Source: the human T2T-CHM13v2.0 reference genome, Homo sapiens. Taken from it: a stretch of 64,000 nucleotides of DNA. Numbering within the stretch: the stretch's first letter is position 1; the number at the start of each line of letters is the position of its first letter. Of this stretch, positions 1 through 13,144 are shown in pieces. The notes under the pieces are model-generated. The model worked only from the letters and a program-made list of their open reading frames with translations, did not search any database and was not told the DNA's origin. The position numbers were made by a program, and so were the translations under genes. The DNA lies in the NCBI RefSeq assembly GCF_009914755.1, contig NC_060947.1; one strand, given 5' to 3'.

Positions 1-2081
1 ACAGATAAAATAGTTTCCTAGAGAAAAGATTATTTGAAATGGCCTAGAAAAGTATACACAATTTTTAACTATTAAATGGAATTTTGGGAAGACAACACCT
101 CCATTATGAGAAAAGATTCAAAAGAAAGAGAGTTCTTGTTTAGAAAAGAATGTTTCTTTTCTTTTCAAACATTAAAATGAAGACAACTGCAACAAATGTC
201 ATGTGGTTGCAAATGTTTATTGATGTGTGTTTTGACTTTTTTTTTTTTATAAATGGGTTTATAGATCCCAAAGATGAGGCAGAATTTTTTCTGATGACTT
301 GATGAGTTGTACATTTCCAGGGTTGGAGAAGAGACACCCTAAAATCCCTAAAAAACCACTGGAAGTCCTCCAATTTATATTTCAAATTGTTAAATGAAAA
401 TATCTTCACAATAAAGTGAGGGGGCGAGTGCAGGGTGCCAGCAGCAGAGAGACAAATTTACTTCACCTTTGTCACATCTATGTTTTGAGGGAGAGATATA
501 TTAACCAATGAAAGGCCTCTTCCAGGATTTTGCCCTTTCAGATTGGAGCAAATAGTCTAGCCTTGGGTATATTGATACATGCTAAGGAGGTGTTTGTTAA
601 ATAAATAAGTGTCCTCTATGGAAAGGAACTGATGATAGTGAAAAGGCTATCAACACACCATGGTCAAAAGTATTCCATCTAAATGGCCTGGCACTAAGAT
701 TTGTGTCTTTCACAGATTTGCCAGTAAACTGTTAACAAAGTGCACCTGCTGGTAAAACAAAACTGGTATAAAACAATTATCCAAATATTTTCAAACAAAT
801 AGTCATTTCAACAGTTTTTTCAGATTTATTCAACCACCTGCTTCACTTTTTCCCTGGCGATAGTAAGAAGCTGGCAAAAATTGGAGGTTCACTACTGGGG
901 GAAAAATAAAGAATAAGAAATTTAAAAGGAGAAATAATTTATATCTAGCCAAACCAAAGTCAAAATGCAATAGCTGAGGATTCTTGTTTAGGTGTAAAGC
1001 ATCACTATGTGGAGTACTTCGGAGTGAACCATCTCTACACCCATCAGATCTTAAGCTCCTTGATGGCCCATTATTTTGTACATTGTAGGGACAATGTACA
1101 AAGGATTTCATTTCAATCCTTATTTGGATTGAATTGAATGTTACTTGTGTTAATTACTTGCTGACCTAGAAGCTCTAGCCTGAACTTGCACAATCCCTAC
1201 CAAAATGTATTAGGATACATTTTGAGGACGTTAATGTCTGGTATAAATGATTAACAATCTGGGATTCAGTTTTATCACTTGTTACAATTTGTTTATATTT
1301 TTGGTACTATGAAGTTTTCTAACTAAAAGACTTCATGCGAACTATCAGCAGATGAGTTTACCAGGCTGCCTTACTTGCATCTTTAATTTCCATAAAATCA
1401 AAAAAGAAAAAAAACAAGTTTATAGGGGTCCTTCCAGTACACCATGACTCAAGTTTCCTAGTACCATCTAATTTGTAACTTTACCTTTCTCTGACATCAA
1501 CATCTTGATGGAATTAAAGACTAACGTTTTTCATAATTTAACTTGCCATCAGGATGCAATGAAACCAGAGCAGAAAAACAAATACACGGTGGCTTCAGAA
1601 CAGGAAGCTTTGTACATAACTCAAAGGAACTCAAGCAAAGAGAATGTAATTGCATGCTGAAATCAAAATGATTATTGATCTACAAATCCTTACCTATATA
1701 CAAAAAGAAAAAAATATTTTGAGGACAAAGGACACCCAATCTACCCAATTGTAACTTACTGGCCTTTTGTTGTCATGTGAATTAATTGATGAATAAGGAA
1801 AAGGCCCCTTTGGTTTTCTGTGCACCTGTGTGTGTGTATTCTTAGTGACTGATTTTAATTCAAATCATTATTCAATATAGTTTCAGATATCATAGGCTGA
1901 AAATTAATAGCCCTGTTTTCAGCTTCTTCCTAGTAAGAAATTCAGCCATTGCTTTTACCATTCATTAAAGTTTACTGATATTAAATAAGATTTTTAAAAA
2001 GTAAAACTTAATTTATGTACATAGAAGTGCAACCTGGCATATCATAGATCCTGCTTCAATTTCTATTTCCTAGAACACTTC

Positions 2082-4412
2082 TGATATGGTTTGGCTCTGT
2101 GTCCCTACCCAAATCTCATCTTGAATTGTACTCCCATAATTCGCATGTATTGTGGGAGGGTCCTGGTGGGAGATAATTGAATCATGGGGGCTGTTTCCCC
2201 CACACTGTTCTCATGGTAGTGAATAAGTCTCTTGAGAAATGATGGTTTTATCAGGGGTTTCTGCTTTTGCATCTTCCTCACTCTCTCTTTGCCTGCTGCC
2301 ATCTATGTAAGACATGACTTGCTCCTCCTTGCCATCTGCCATGATTGTGAAGCTTCCCCAGCCACATGGAACTGTAAGTCCAATTAAACCTGTTTATTTT
2401 GTAAATTGTCCAGTCTTGGATATGTCTTTATCAGCACCATGAAAACGGACTAATACAGTAAATTGGTACCAGTAGCGTGGGGTGCTGCTGAGAAGATACC
2501 TGAAAATGTGGAAGCAACTTTGGAACTGGGTAACAGGCAGAGGTTGGAACAGTTTGGAGGGCTCAGAAGATAGGAAAATGTGGGAAAGTTTGAAACTTCC
2601 TAGAAACTTGTTGAATGGCTTTGCCCAAAATGCTGATAATGATATGGACAATAAGATCCAGGCTGAGGTGGTCTCAGATGGAGATGAGGAACTTGTTGGG
2701 AACTGGAGCAAAGGTGACTCTTGTTATGTTTTAGCAAAGAGACTGGTGGCATTTTGCCCCACCCTAGAGATTTGTGGAACTTTGAACTTGAGAGAGATCA
2801 TTTAGGGTATCTGGTGGAATAAATTTCTAAGCAGCAAAGCATTCAAGAGGTGGCTTGGGTTCTGTTAAAAGCATTCAGTTTTAAAAGGGAAACAGAGCAC
2901 AAAAGTTTGAAAAATTTGCAGCCTGACATTGCAATAGAAAAGAAAATCCCATTTTCTGAGGAGAAATTCAAGCCAGCTGCAGAAATTTGCATAAGTAACT
3001 AGGAGCCAAATTGTAATCCCCAAGACAATGGGGAAAATGTCTCCAGGGCATGTCAGAGGTCTTCACAGCAGCCCCTCCCATCACAGGCCTGGAGGCCTAG
3101 GAGGAAAAAGTTGTTTTGTGGGCCAGGGCCAGGCCCAGGGTCCCTGAGCTGTGTGCAGCTTATAGACTTGCTGCCCTGTGCCCCAGTTGCTCCCACCATG
3201 GCTGAAAGGGGGCCGATGTAGAACTTGGGCCGTGGCCTCAGATGGTGCAAGCCCCAGGCCTCAGCAGCTTCCATGTGGTGTTGAGCCTGCAGGTGCAGAA
3301 AAGTCAAGAATTGAGGTTTGGGAACCTCCACCTAGATTTCAGAAGATGTATGGAAGTGCCTGGATTTCCAGACAGAAGTTTGCTACAGGGGCAGGGCTCT
3401 CATGAAGAACCTCTGCTAGGGCACTGCAGAAGGGACATGTGGGGTTGGAGCCCCCACACAGAGTCCCTACTGGAGCACCACCTAGTGGAGCTGTAAGAAG
3501 AAGGCCATCATCCTCCAGACCCCAGAATGGTACATCCACCAAGGGCTTGCACCTTGCATATGGAAAAACCTCAGACACTCAACGCCAGCCTGTAAAAGCA
3601 GCTAGGACAGAGGCTGTACCCTGCAAAGTCACAGGGGCAGAGCTGCCCAAGACCATGGGAACCCACCTCTTGCATCGCGTGACCTGGATGTGAGACCTGG
3701 AGTAAAAGGAGATCACTTTAGAGCTTTAAAATTTGACTGCCCATTTGAATTTTGGACTTGCACAGGCCCTGTAGCCCCTTTGTTTTGGCCAATTTCTCCC
3801 ACTTGGAATGGTTGTATTTACCCTATGTCTGTACCCCCATTGTATCTAGGAAATAATTAGTTTGCTTTTGATTTTACAGGCTCATAAGCAGAAGGGATTT
3901 GCCTTGTCTCAGATGAGACTTTGGGCTGTGGATTTTTGAGTTGATGCTGAAATGAGTTAAGACTTTGGGGGACTGTTGGGAAGGCATGATTGGTTTTAAA
4001 ATGTGAAGACATAAGATTTGGCAGGGGCCAGGGGTGGAATGATATGGTTTGGCTCTGTGTCTCCACCCAAATTTCACCTTGAATTTTACTCCCATAATTC
4101 CCATATGTTGTGGGAGTGACCTGGTGGGAGATAATTGAATCATGGGGGCAGTTCCCCCATATTGTTCTCATGGTAGTGAATAAGTCTCATGAGATCTGAT
4201 GGCTTTATAAGGGGTTTCTGCTTTTGCATCTTCCTCTCTCTCTGCTTGCTGCCATCTATGTAAGATGTGACTTGCTTTTCCTTACCATCCACCATGATTG
4301 TGAGGCTTCCCCAGCCACGTGGAAATGTCAGTCCAATTAAACCTCTTTATTTTGTAAATTGCCCCCCAACTCGGTTTTGTCTTTATCAACAGTGTGAAAA
4401 TGGGCTAATACA
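2082..4412 (+). mobile_element. Full-length THE1 (MaLR; THE1A/B-like): LTR 2082-2457, internal 2458-4039, LTR 4040-4412
   Basis: Both LTRs run TGATATGGTTTGGCTCTGTG...CTAATACA. Internal sequence is typical THE1-int. Perfect 5-bp TSD ACTTC at 2077-2081 and 4413-4417. Confidence 0.95.
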
Positions 4413-4483
4413 ACTTCATTAGCCTTGTTCATAAGACATTTTGGTGCATCTTATCTAGAATAAACTTCTCTATAATTGCTCAC

Positions 4484-5090
4484 TGTATCAGCCAGGATTT
4501 AGTTAGAACACAGAAATAACACTAGTAATTTGAATATAGAAGACGAAGATAAAGAATTAATCACCAATAAACATACGTAAGTACTAAAAGGTGTGAAAGA
4601 AAACTCTAAGGGGCCCAGAGATAGCAGGTTTTAAAACAAATAGCCACAATATCTAGGCTGAAGAGAGTTGACAATGTAAGAACAATAACTTAGCAGAGGA
4701 TCCCCTCAAGATGGAGGTTCAGATCTCTTTAAAGAGAGCAGGAACAGGCAGCTTCCAGGAGCAAAGACACTTGCCAGAGGGCACAGATCATAGCTGGTGG
4801 GCCCGCAAGTAGGGAGAATATGACGTGAGAGTGTGGCTGGCTGGAGCTGATTCATGAGGGCCAGTAGGCTCAGGTGCTGCTTTATAAGAAAAGAGAACAA
4901 AAACCTGAAGGGAAAGTGCCTTCCTGCTGCTATTACCTTGCAGTTTCACTCAAGCTCTTACTTTAGTTGAAGCATTATGCCAAATGGCAAAGCAGAAATG
5001 TTTACAGAGTGTCCGACTGATATCACAAAGAAAGGCAAATAATAAAAGAAAGATATAGGGCTGAGAGTCAAGAAATAAGCAGTTGGCACA
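4484..5090 (-). mobile_element. Old solo MaLR LTR (MLT1-like)
   Basis: TG...CA termini (tgtatcagccagg...agttggcaca) with near-TSD CTCAC/CTCAT. Confidence 0.55.
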
Positions 5091-6783
5091 CTCATATATA
5101 TGCTTAACCTATCTTAGGTGCCCAAGTTTTTTTTTTTTTTAATGTAATGGCCAATATACGTTTTCTTTTATCCTCTAAATCAAGGCTAAAAAACTTGCAT
5201 GATCCTAAAAGCCCAGAAGATTACCCAAATGAGTAAAACAGTATAGATATAAGACAATAAGGAGTGGGATGAATCATGGTGAAGCAGAGGCAACAAGCCT
5301 GACCTCTTAAAAGTGATCCAATTCATAGATATATGTCTGCAGGCTGTATGGGGAGCCAGTTCACAACTGATGCATGGAAACCCAATAATACTGTGCTCAT
5401 AATTATAAAACTAGATAATGAAGCTGTCTACAAACCAGAGGATTTTATTTCGTTGTGTGGCTTTTGGGGGTTTTTTGTTTTGTTTTATTTTTGGTATGGC
5501 CAGTGAAAACTATCATTCTCAAGTTAGCTATGGAACCACAGATTAAATTACTCATCCAGTAGGTTGGAAAGGATTTATCATTTATCATTTTACTGTTTAA
5601 ATGTCTCCTGTGAGTCTTCTGGATAAATAATTCATAGTATTTAACTAGATATATGTGCGGGTAGGTTTTTAGCTAATTGAAAGTAATCATGTTTATTTTG
5701 TGTCAGAAACAAAGGAAGTAAAGGAAGCAAGGTTTCTTGTATTTTAATATTCTACATGTTATGCCTAATTTGAATTAGGATACATTTCCACATTGGCAAT
5801 TCCCTTGTTTATGATTTAAACAGCAATGACAATAGTAGCATCAGACTCTATTACAATTACTTTGTGGCGGTAAGAAAAGAAATAACCACTTAAAGCATTG
5901 TAATTACATCAATGTTATTAAATCTTCTACGTGTGTTTTTAAAGGTCAAAATTCGAACATTAATTACCTTTCTGCACTGAAGCATGAAATGGCTTCAAAG
6001 TCCTTAGCTAAACAAGGATTGTGACTAAATTAGTGAGGGTGAAAACTAGACCTGAGAGCAACTACAAAAAGATTTGGCTATAAAGAATAGAAGTTATGTT
6101 TTATAGAACCATATGTTTAGTATTCTCAAACTGGACTTTATTTCATGTGACTTTATTTTTCTTTTGAATGAAGGTAATTTGTTCAATATATAACTAAATG
6201 TATTTTACATTTTATATCTTCATAAGACTGTTCATATGTGTACAAAACTGAAACTGTCTTTGTAAAACCTTTGGTTCCAGTTTCTGATTTGGAAAATATC
6301 TTCATTGTAAGTATATAATAGCAATACCACGTTTATCCGCAGTTGAAAAACAAAAGTAGTCTTAGATATCTAGATTTAAAAATGAAGTACATTAGATGTA
6401 TTCTACAAAGTGTCACAAATGTACTTACTCCTATTTAACTTTTGCAGTTCAGTTGTAACACAGAGTGGTATGGTAGGAACTCAGAGGCTCTTATCACACA
6501 AGACTACTTTCAAACTCTAGCCATGCCTTATGCTACTGATGGGAAATATACCCAACTGCTGAGCCCAGATTTTCTTATCTGGGAAGACAATATTTACCTT
6601 GTAGAGCTAGGATCAAGATTAAAAGATATACTCCATGAAAACCACTCAAAACAGTGCTTGGCACAATAAACATTAGCTTTTTAATTTGAAATACACCATG
6701 ATTTTTTACTTGAATACACCATGGGTTTTTAGATCTATGTATTAGGAGTAAAACAATGTAATAATGTAGACTATTTTAGGTAA

Positions 6784-7111
<328 letters not shown>

Positions 7112-7291
7112 ACTTATTTTATATTACAACAAATTTGTTTCCTTTTCCATTTATTTCAACCCCCACCCTCTGCTAGTTGCTACCTTCCATTTTGTTCTAC
7201 TTATTTTTATATTTTGTTTTCTGTAGACCACCTGCATCTTTTTCTAATCACTTCAAATATTCTTAAAGTATCTGTGGGAACTTTTGGTCTT

Positions 7292-7663
7292 TGTATTAGT
7301 CTGTTTTCATATTGCTATAAAGAAATACCTGAGACTGGGTAATTTATAAAGGAAAGAGGTTTAATTGACTCACATTTCTGCGTGCTGGGGAGGCCTCAGA
7401 AAACTTACAATCATAGCGGAAGGGGAAGCAAACACATCCTTCTTCACGAGGCAGCAGGAGAGAGAACTGCAGCGAGAGGCGGAAGAGCCCCTTCTAAAAC
7501 CATTGGATCTCATGAGAACTCTTACTCACAAGAACAGCATGGGGGGACAACCCCCATGATTCAATCACCTCCCACGAGGTCCCTCCCCCAACACGTGGGG
7601 ATTACAATTCTAGTTATAATTCAAGATGAGATTTGGGTGGGAACACAGAGCCAGACCATATAA
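7292..7663 (-). mobile_element. Solo THE1 LTR (THE1C/D-like)
   Basis: tgtattagtc...agaccatataa with 5-bp TSD GTCTT at 7287-7291 and 7664-7668. Confidence 0.92.
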
Positions 7664-8184
7664 GTCTTCCACTCCAAAACTGAACATATGTTTTCATGGA
7701 GGAAACTTTCTGACCTAAAACATCAGGTTCATGGTTGGACATCACTGTTTATTCATACAGAGGTCCATTGACTATGACTATAATGGAAAAAACAAGTCTA
7801 ATTCAGCACTATTGATCAGTAAGAAGTCTATATAACTACATAGGCAAACATATGGTCAACTCTCAGATATTATTACTTGAAAAGACTAACTGGTGGTGTC
7901 TTTCGCTCATACACGCAACTTATTGACTGATTGTGACAATGCCTAAGTGTACAATTTTAAAGAATGTTTAAATGGCTTCAGAGCACTATCTCACTCACCT
8001 TCATTTTAGTGGCTGTATTTCACATACATCGTCTAAGTGCAAGATGAAAATGATGCAAGAACCATCATGTTTGCATGACTCTTAATCCCTCATCAAGTGA
8101 ATAAAATGATTCGAAGTTGAAACGGGAGAGGACATTTTTACATTATGAATGTAGGTAACACAACACAGTAGTATTGGCAGTACC

Positions 8185-9000
8185 TGCGCAGGAAAGAGTT
8201 AACATAGTAGGTCTGAGACTGCTATCCTTAGAATGGCCTGCTCGGAAGGTTAGTTTTTGGCTGGCATCTGGGAACTTCAATTCTGAGAGTGTTCTCAATG
8301 TTCCCTAACTCATAGGGGCGAATCACTGTGCCTGGACAGTTTGTGCAAACAACATAGCTCACACTGAGCACGTACTTCCTTTTTGTGTGTTTGGAATTTC
8401 GGAACATGCTAGGTGGAGGGTACCTATGTGACCAGCTCTCAATAAAAGCCCTAAGCATGGAATCTAAAAAGGGTTTCCCTGAGCAGAAATAATCACACAC
8501 ATGTTGCTGAGTTTTTATTGCTGGGAAAAGAGTATATCCTGTGTGACCCCTCATGGGAAGAAGAGACCATAAAGTGGCCTGCATAAGGATTTCTCCACCA
8601 GTGTCTCTTCTCTGTATGACCCAGCCATATACCCTTACTATATCGCAGTAATGTACAACTGTGAGTACAAGTACCTGTGGAGTGCTGTGAGACCTTTTAG
8701 CAAATATCTGAATGAGAGGGTGGTCTTGGGAACAACGACACAATGGTGGCAGTGGTGGGATTTGCTAGAATGACCGCAATTCACTGAAATGTAGCTACAG
8801 CATTATGTGGGGAAAAGAAAGAGAGAGGGGCAGGGAATTATGAAACCCTGGTACCTGAGTGGCTATGGCATTAACCATAATACGAAACAGCAGCTGAGCA
8901 GCTGTCTGTGATCAGAGGTAAAAAGTTACCTATGGAAATCGGAAATAATAGATTCATCCCAGGAGAGTTGGCTCTCTGGATACCCTAGGTGCTTTTGATC
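8185..9000 (+). mobile_element. ERVL LTR (MER68/MER21-group-like, 8185-8742) followed by tRNA-Leu PBS and truncated internal sequence
   Basis: Starts TGCGCAGGAAAGAGTTAACATAG, has an internal AATAAA and ends ACACA. TGGTGGCAGTGGTGGGAT follows at 8744-8761. The 3' end of the internal part is approximate. Confidence 0.7.
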
Positions 9001-9266
9001 ATACAGAGTTGGCTCTGCTGAAGTAAGGGGGGTGGGGGAGGGTAGGAAATAGTAGCATAGCCTAGGCAATGATAGCTTTATTTTTTGTAGTCTCTCCGCC
9101 TCCCTAACACCCTCGCAGGAGGAGAAAGGGCCCAAACATTCTGCACAATGGGCTTTGGATGTGCCAAATATCATAAAATATAGTTTGTAGTTGTTCTTTC
9201 CTCCAAGTAGAGAGAAAAAAAAGAATTAAGTCTGTTTCCAGGGCTGGAGCAAGGATTTAGATAAAG

Positions 9267-9271
9267 CAGAG

Positions 9272-9319
<48 letters not shown>

Positions 9320-9623
9320 GAGAGAAAGAAAGAAAGGAAGGAAGGAGGGAGAGAGGAAGTAAGGAAAGAAAGAAAGAGGGAGGGAGGGAAGGAAGGAAGG
9401 AAAGAAGTAAGGAAAGAAGAAAAGAGAGAGAGAGAAAGGAAGGAAGGAAGGACGGAAAGAAAGAAAGAAAAAGAAAGAAAGAAGGAAAGAAAGAAAAAAG
9501 AAAGAAAGAGAAAGAAGAAAGAAAGAAAAGAAAGGGAGAAAGGGAGGAAGGGAGGAAAGGAGGGAGAAAAGGAAGAAGGGAGGGAGGAAGGGAGGGAGGG
9601 AGGGAGGGAGGAAGGGAGGGAAA
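9267..9623 (+). repeat. Polypurine low-complexity tract (GA, GAAA, GGAA, GGGA)
   Basis: About 355 nt of almost exclusively A/G. Confidence 0.95.
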
Positions 9624-11722
9624 CCCACTGTAGCTATTTCTTCAGCCTAGCTGCTGCTGCTCCCCTCCCTTTCTCTTCCATCCCAGCTGGGTTCTCCTGG
9701 CAGCTGTGATGTGAACCCTGTAAATGGAAAATTTACTGCTAGGGATTTTAGTAAACTTGTAATGAGAAAAAAACAGGAATTTTAATTCACAGCTTTGCAT
9801 TTGTGGCTATTGCATGTGGATGTATGATGAAAACTGATGTGCAATGTTATGTGCCTATAATTTCATAAATGCTAGAAGGGTCATCTCAATCAGGAAAAGC
9901 TGCAAAGAAAAAGTGTTAATGAAACACAGCTCCCTTGCTTTTTTGCCACAGGCGGGTGGATTGGAATTTATACTCTTGGTATTGGAAACAAGGCTCAGTA
10001 ATGGATGATTTTTTTTTTTTTGCCATAATTTTGCCTACTGGAGACTCTGGAAAAGGGAGCCAATCTCCAAATGAAGACACACTTCTGGGGTTTTCAAAGC
10101 AGGTTTCGGGGGTTAGGGAGTTGTGCGGTTTTGTTTGTTTTTGCCAATAAGCTCTTGTGAAATCAGATTTCTGACCCTTAGAGGCTGATGATTTTCTAGC
10201 CTGACATGCATATTTTTGCAAGGGTCAATTTGAACAATCTGGCCTAACAGGGTAAAAAAGTCCTTAGGAACAGCCTTGCCTGTTACTTGGACTTGAAACA
10301 CAGGTATCTGGCCTACAGCGTCTTAGCTTTGCTGCCGCTGCTGAAGAAAAGCCTCTAACTTTTTTGAATACTGAATTCACAGATCCTAATTCCCTGGACC
10401 TGAATGAAACCTGATACTGCCGGCTACAGGCTATTTCAATTTCAGCACTGAGCTGTGCTGAACTGCAAGTCGGCACAGGCTCAACGAACAGAACTCAGTC
10501 TCTGGAACTGCCACAAATTTAAGACATCCCTGTGGGGTCACAGCTATAAAACATCATGGATGCTAGCTGACCATCTGGGTCACCTGCAGATGCCCTAGAG
10601 AAAAAGGCTTGTTCTCTGATGGGACCATTAGAAATGGAGCTGCTGATGGACTCGATATTTCTGATACGGGATACAAGAGCCTGATTGCATTCCTAACTTT
10701 TGATTCTAGCCAAAGGCTGCAATTTAGGGAAGGGCACACCACAGGGTATGTGACCCCTCTGCCCACCCCTGATAGATCAGACTCTCAGGGATGTCTCAAG
10801 GCTGTTGACTTGTGTTCCACTTTCCAGGTTAGTTGCAGTTTGCAACAGTGGACCGATAGCCTGACTTTACTTCCCTTGCCTTTCTCCTGTTGTACACAAC
10901 TTGGTAAGGCAGTTTGATCATCCAATGCAGCTGTCCTCAGAAAAGGACTGATTTTTGCTAGGTGTTCACTAAATAAATGATCATGGAAAAAGGCTTGGGG
11001 CGGGGGGTACGTAAACCCATTTTGAAAAAATATTGAAAATCAGGATTTTGCCCTGACCAGTTCCTGTGTCTTTCTGGTTAAGTTGTATTAAAACGTTACT
11101 CTGTGAAAATGCCTCTGTCCCTCTTACACACAATCCTTCCAGAAGGTCTAGGTGAAAAGAGAAGTGATTAGGAAAAATTACATGAAGTTAGGATTATTGA
11201 ATGGGGCACATTGATTTTGTAACAGTCAAGAAAAACAACCCTGACACCTGGGAAGGCTCGGGGAGGAAGTAGGGCATTAATGATTTTTGCTTTTTGGAAC
11301 TGCTTCTGGAAGCTTTCCCCTCTTTTCGAAGAAAACTCTTGTGCTGCTTTTGCAAGTGCTGCAGGCGCTTTGGACTCAGACCAAGGGCTGAGCCTAGATG
11401 GCACGTGACAGCGTGACTATGAGCTGGCAGCAGAGGGCCAGCTTCTACTGCATGTCCCCGCAGAACATGTCCAGATGCCATCTACACTCACCAGGCAGAT
11501 GAAGTAGTGTCACTGACAGACTATTTGAGACTGACAGCCCCAGGCAGCCCCTCTAAAACCAGGGGCTGAACTGAATTACTTTCACTGGACTGAATACCTT
11601 GGGGAAGGAGGCACCTCGGTGGGAGGCCGCACTGGGGGCTGCCTAACCAATGCATATCCTGCTGGGGTGCCCTAACATTTTTAACTCTTTGTTTCTAGGG
11701 GACCACATGAGCCCTCGGGGAT

Positions 11723-11746
11723 TGTGTGTGTGTGTGTGTGTGTGTG
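11723..11746. repeat. (TG)n microsatellite
   Basis: Seen directly. Confidence 0.9.
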
Positions 11747-12504
11747 CTGTGACTATCATGACGCTTGCTTCCGCCCTACTGCATTCCTCTGAGAGCCTGA
11801 TTTTGAGAAAATGTCCATAGGATTCAATAGACTGCCAAAGGGATCTGCACGAAAGAAAGTTTAAGACTTCCTGCAATGGGTTATTACCCTAGACTAGATA
11901 CACTCATTAATAACAGGCAATTTATTGCCCATAAACAAATAGACATATAGTAGCCTTGATTTTATCTGGACACAAAGAAAAATTAGTTCTATGGATTATA
12001 ATTAAAGGGGCAGCAGGAGATAACAATAAAGTTGCTTTATGATTTCATGCCATGTTGTTCAATATACCAGTTACAAACGTAATGTATCTAAAAGATGAAG
12101 TGTAATTAGTGGTTTTATAATGATGTTGAGCTTTCTGGAACTATAACCCCTCATTATAGAATGTATGTTCCTTGTGGATCTTTAAATCCATAACTGTGTA
12201 CCAAAAAGATCCCCCAATAAAACAGAAAATCTCCTCTTTCACTTCTGCATGTCTTTATAATTACAGATTGCTTCTTGACTCCAGTTGGATGCAAACGCAG
12301 TCTTCCATACAGCTGAGGGAAGTGGAAATGAAGATAGAGCAAAGTGACCTCCCACTGATACTGGCACATAATTACATTCAATGTCATGTTGTTACTTCCA
12401 AAGATACTTTTTGCTTATGTTGGCTAGGTTTTAATAGTTTTTGAGGCCTTACTTAAACCCTGCTGAAGCTTTTTTCAATCAAGTTAATAGTTAAGACCTT
12501 AAAA

Positions 12505-12789
12505 TTTATTATAACAATATGTACAAATTTGATTTGAGCAGGTTCCATGAAATTGCTACACTTGTGAAAATAGCTTATTATACTAGTACCCTGCTATTTT
12601 TTTTTTAAAAGATGTACAGAGCTATGCTACCTGTTGGCAAATGTCTTCTTTAACTATGGAACAGAGAAATTTGTGACTGTCTGGAATAAAATTATTTCTT
12701 TAATTGAATACAAAAATACTCTGCATGTAAAAATATTAAGAAAGTTTATTTTAAAATATTTTACACTCTTTTGCCCACAGCTCTTTATT
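12505..12789 (-). terminator. NR0B1: NR0B1 3'UTR polyadenylation signals (three AATAAA)
   Basis: tttatt on the + strand at 12784-12789, 12745-12750 and 12505-12510, downstream of the stop codon. Confidence 0.7.
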
Positions 12790-12838
12790 CTTCCCTCATG
12801 GTGAACTGCACTACTGCACTTGTGTGGCCCACATGACT

Positions 12839-13144
<306 letters not shown>

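Noticed and set aside
1-1700. Possible pseudogene remnant in the unique-looking DNA at the window start
   Set aside because: Trial translations gave no convincing match to any protein I could recognise. A tblastx/BLAT search would be needed.
2394-3693. Multiple 75-107 aa ORFs
   Set aside because: Decayed THE1-internal sequence with stops and frameshifts.
8228-8743. 171-aa minus-strand ORF
   Set aside because: Antisense reading of an LTR with a non-ATG start.
9257-9628. F/L/S/P-rich hydrophobic ORF (and the similar ORFs at 18895-19226)
   Set aside because: Translation of simple purine/pyrimidine repeats.
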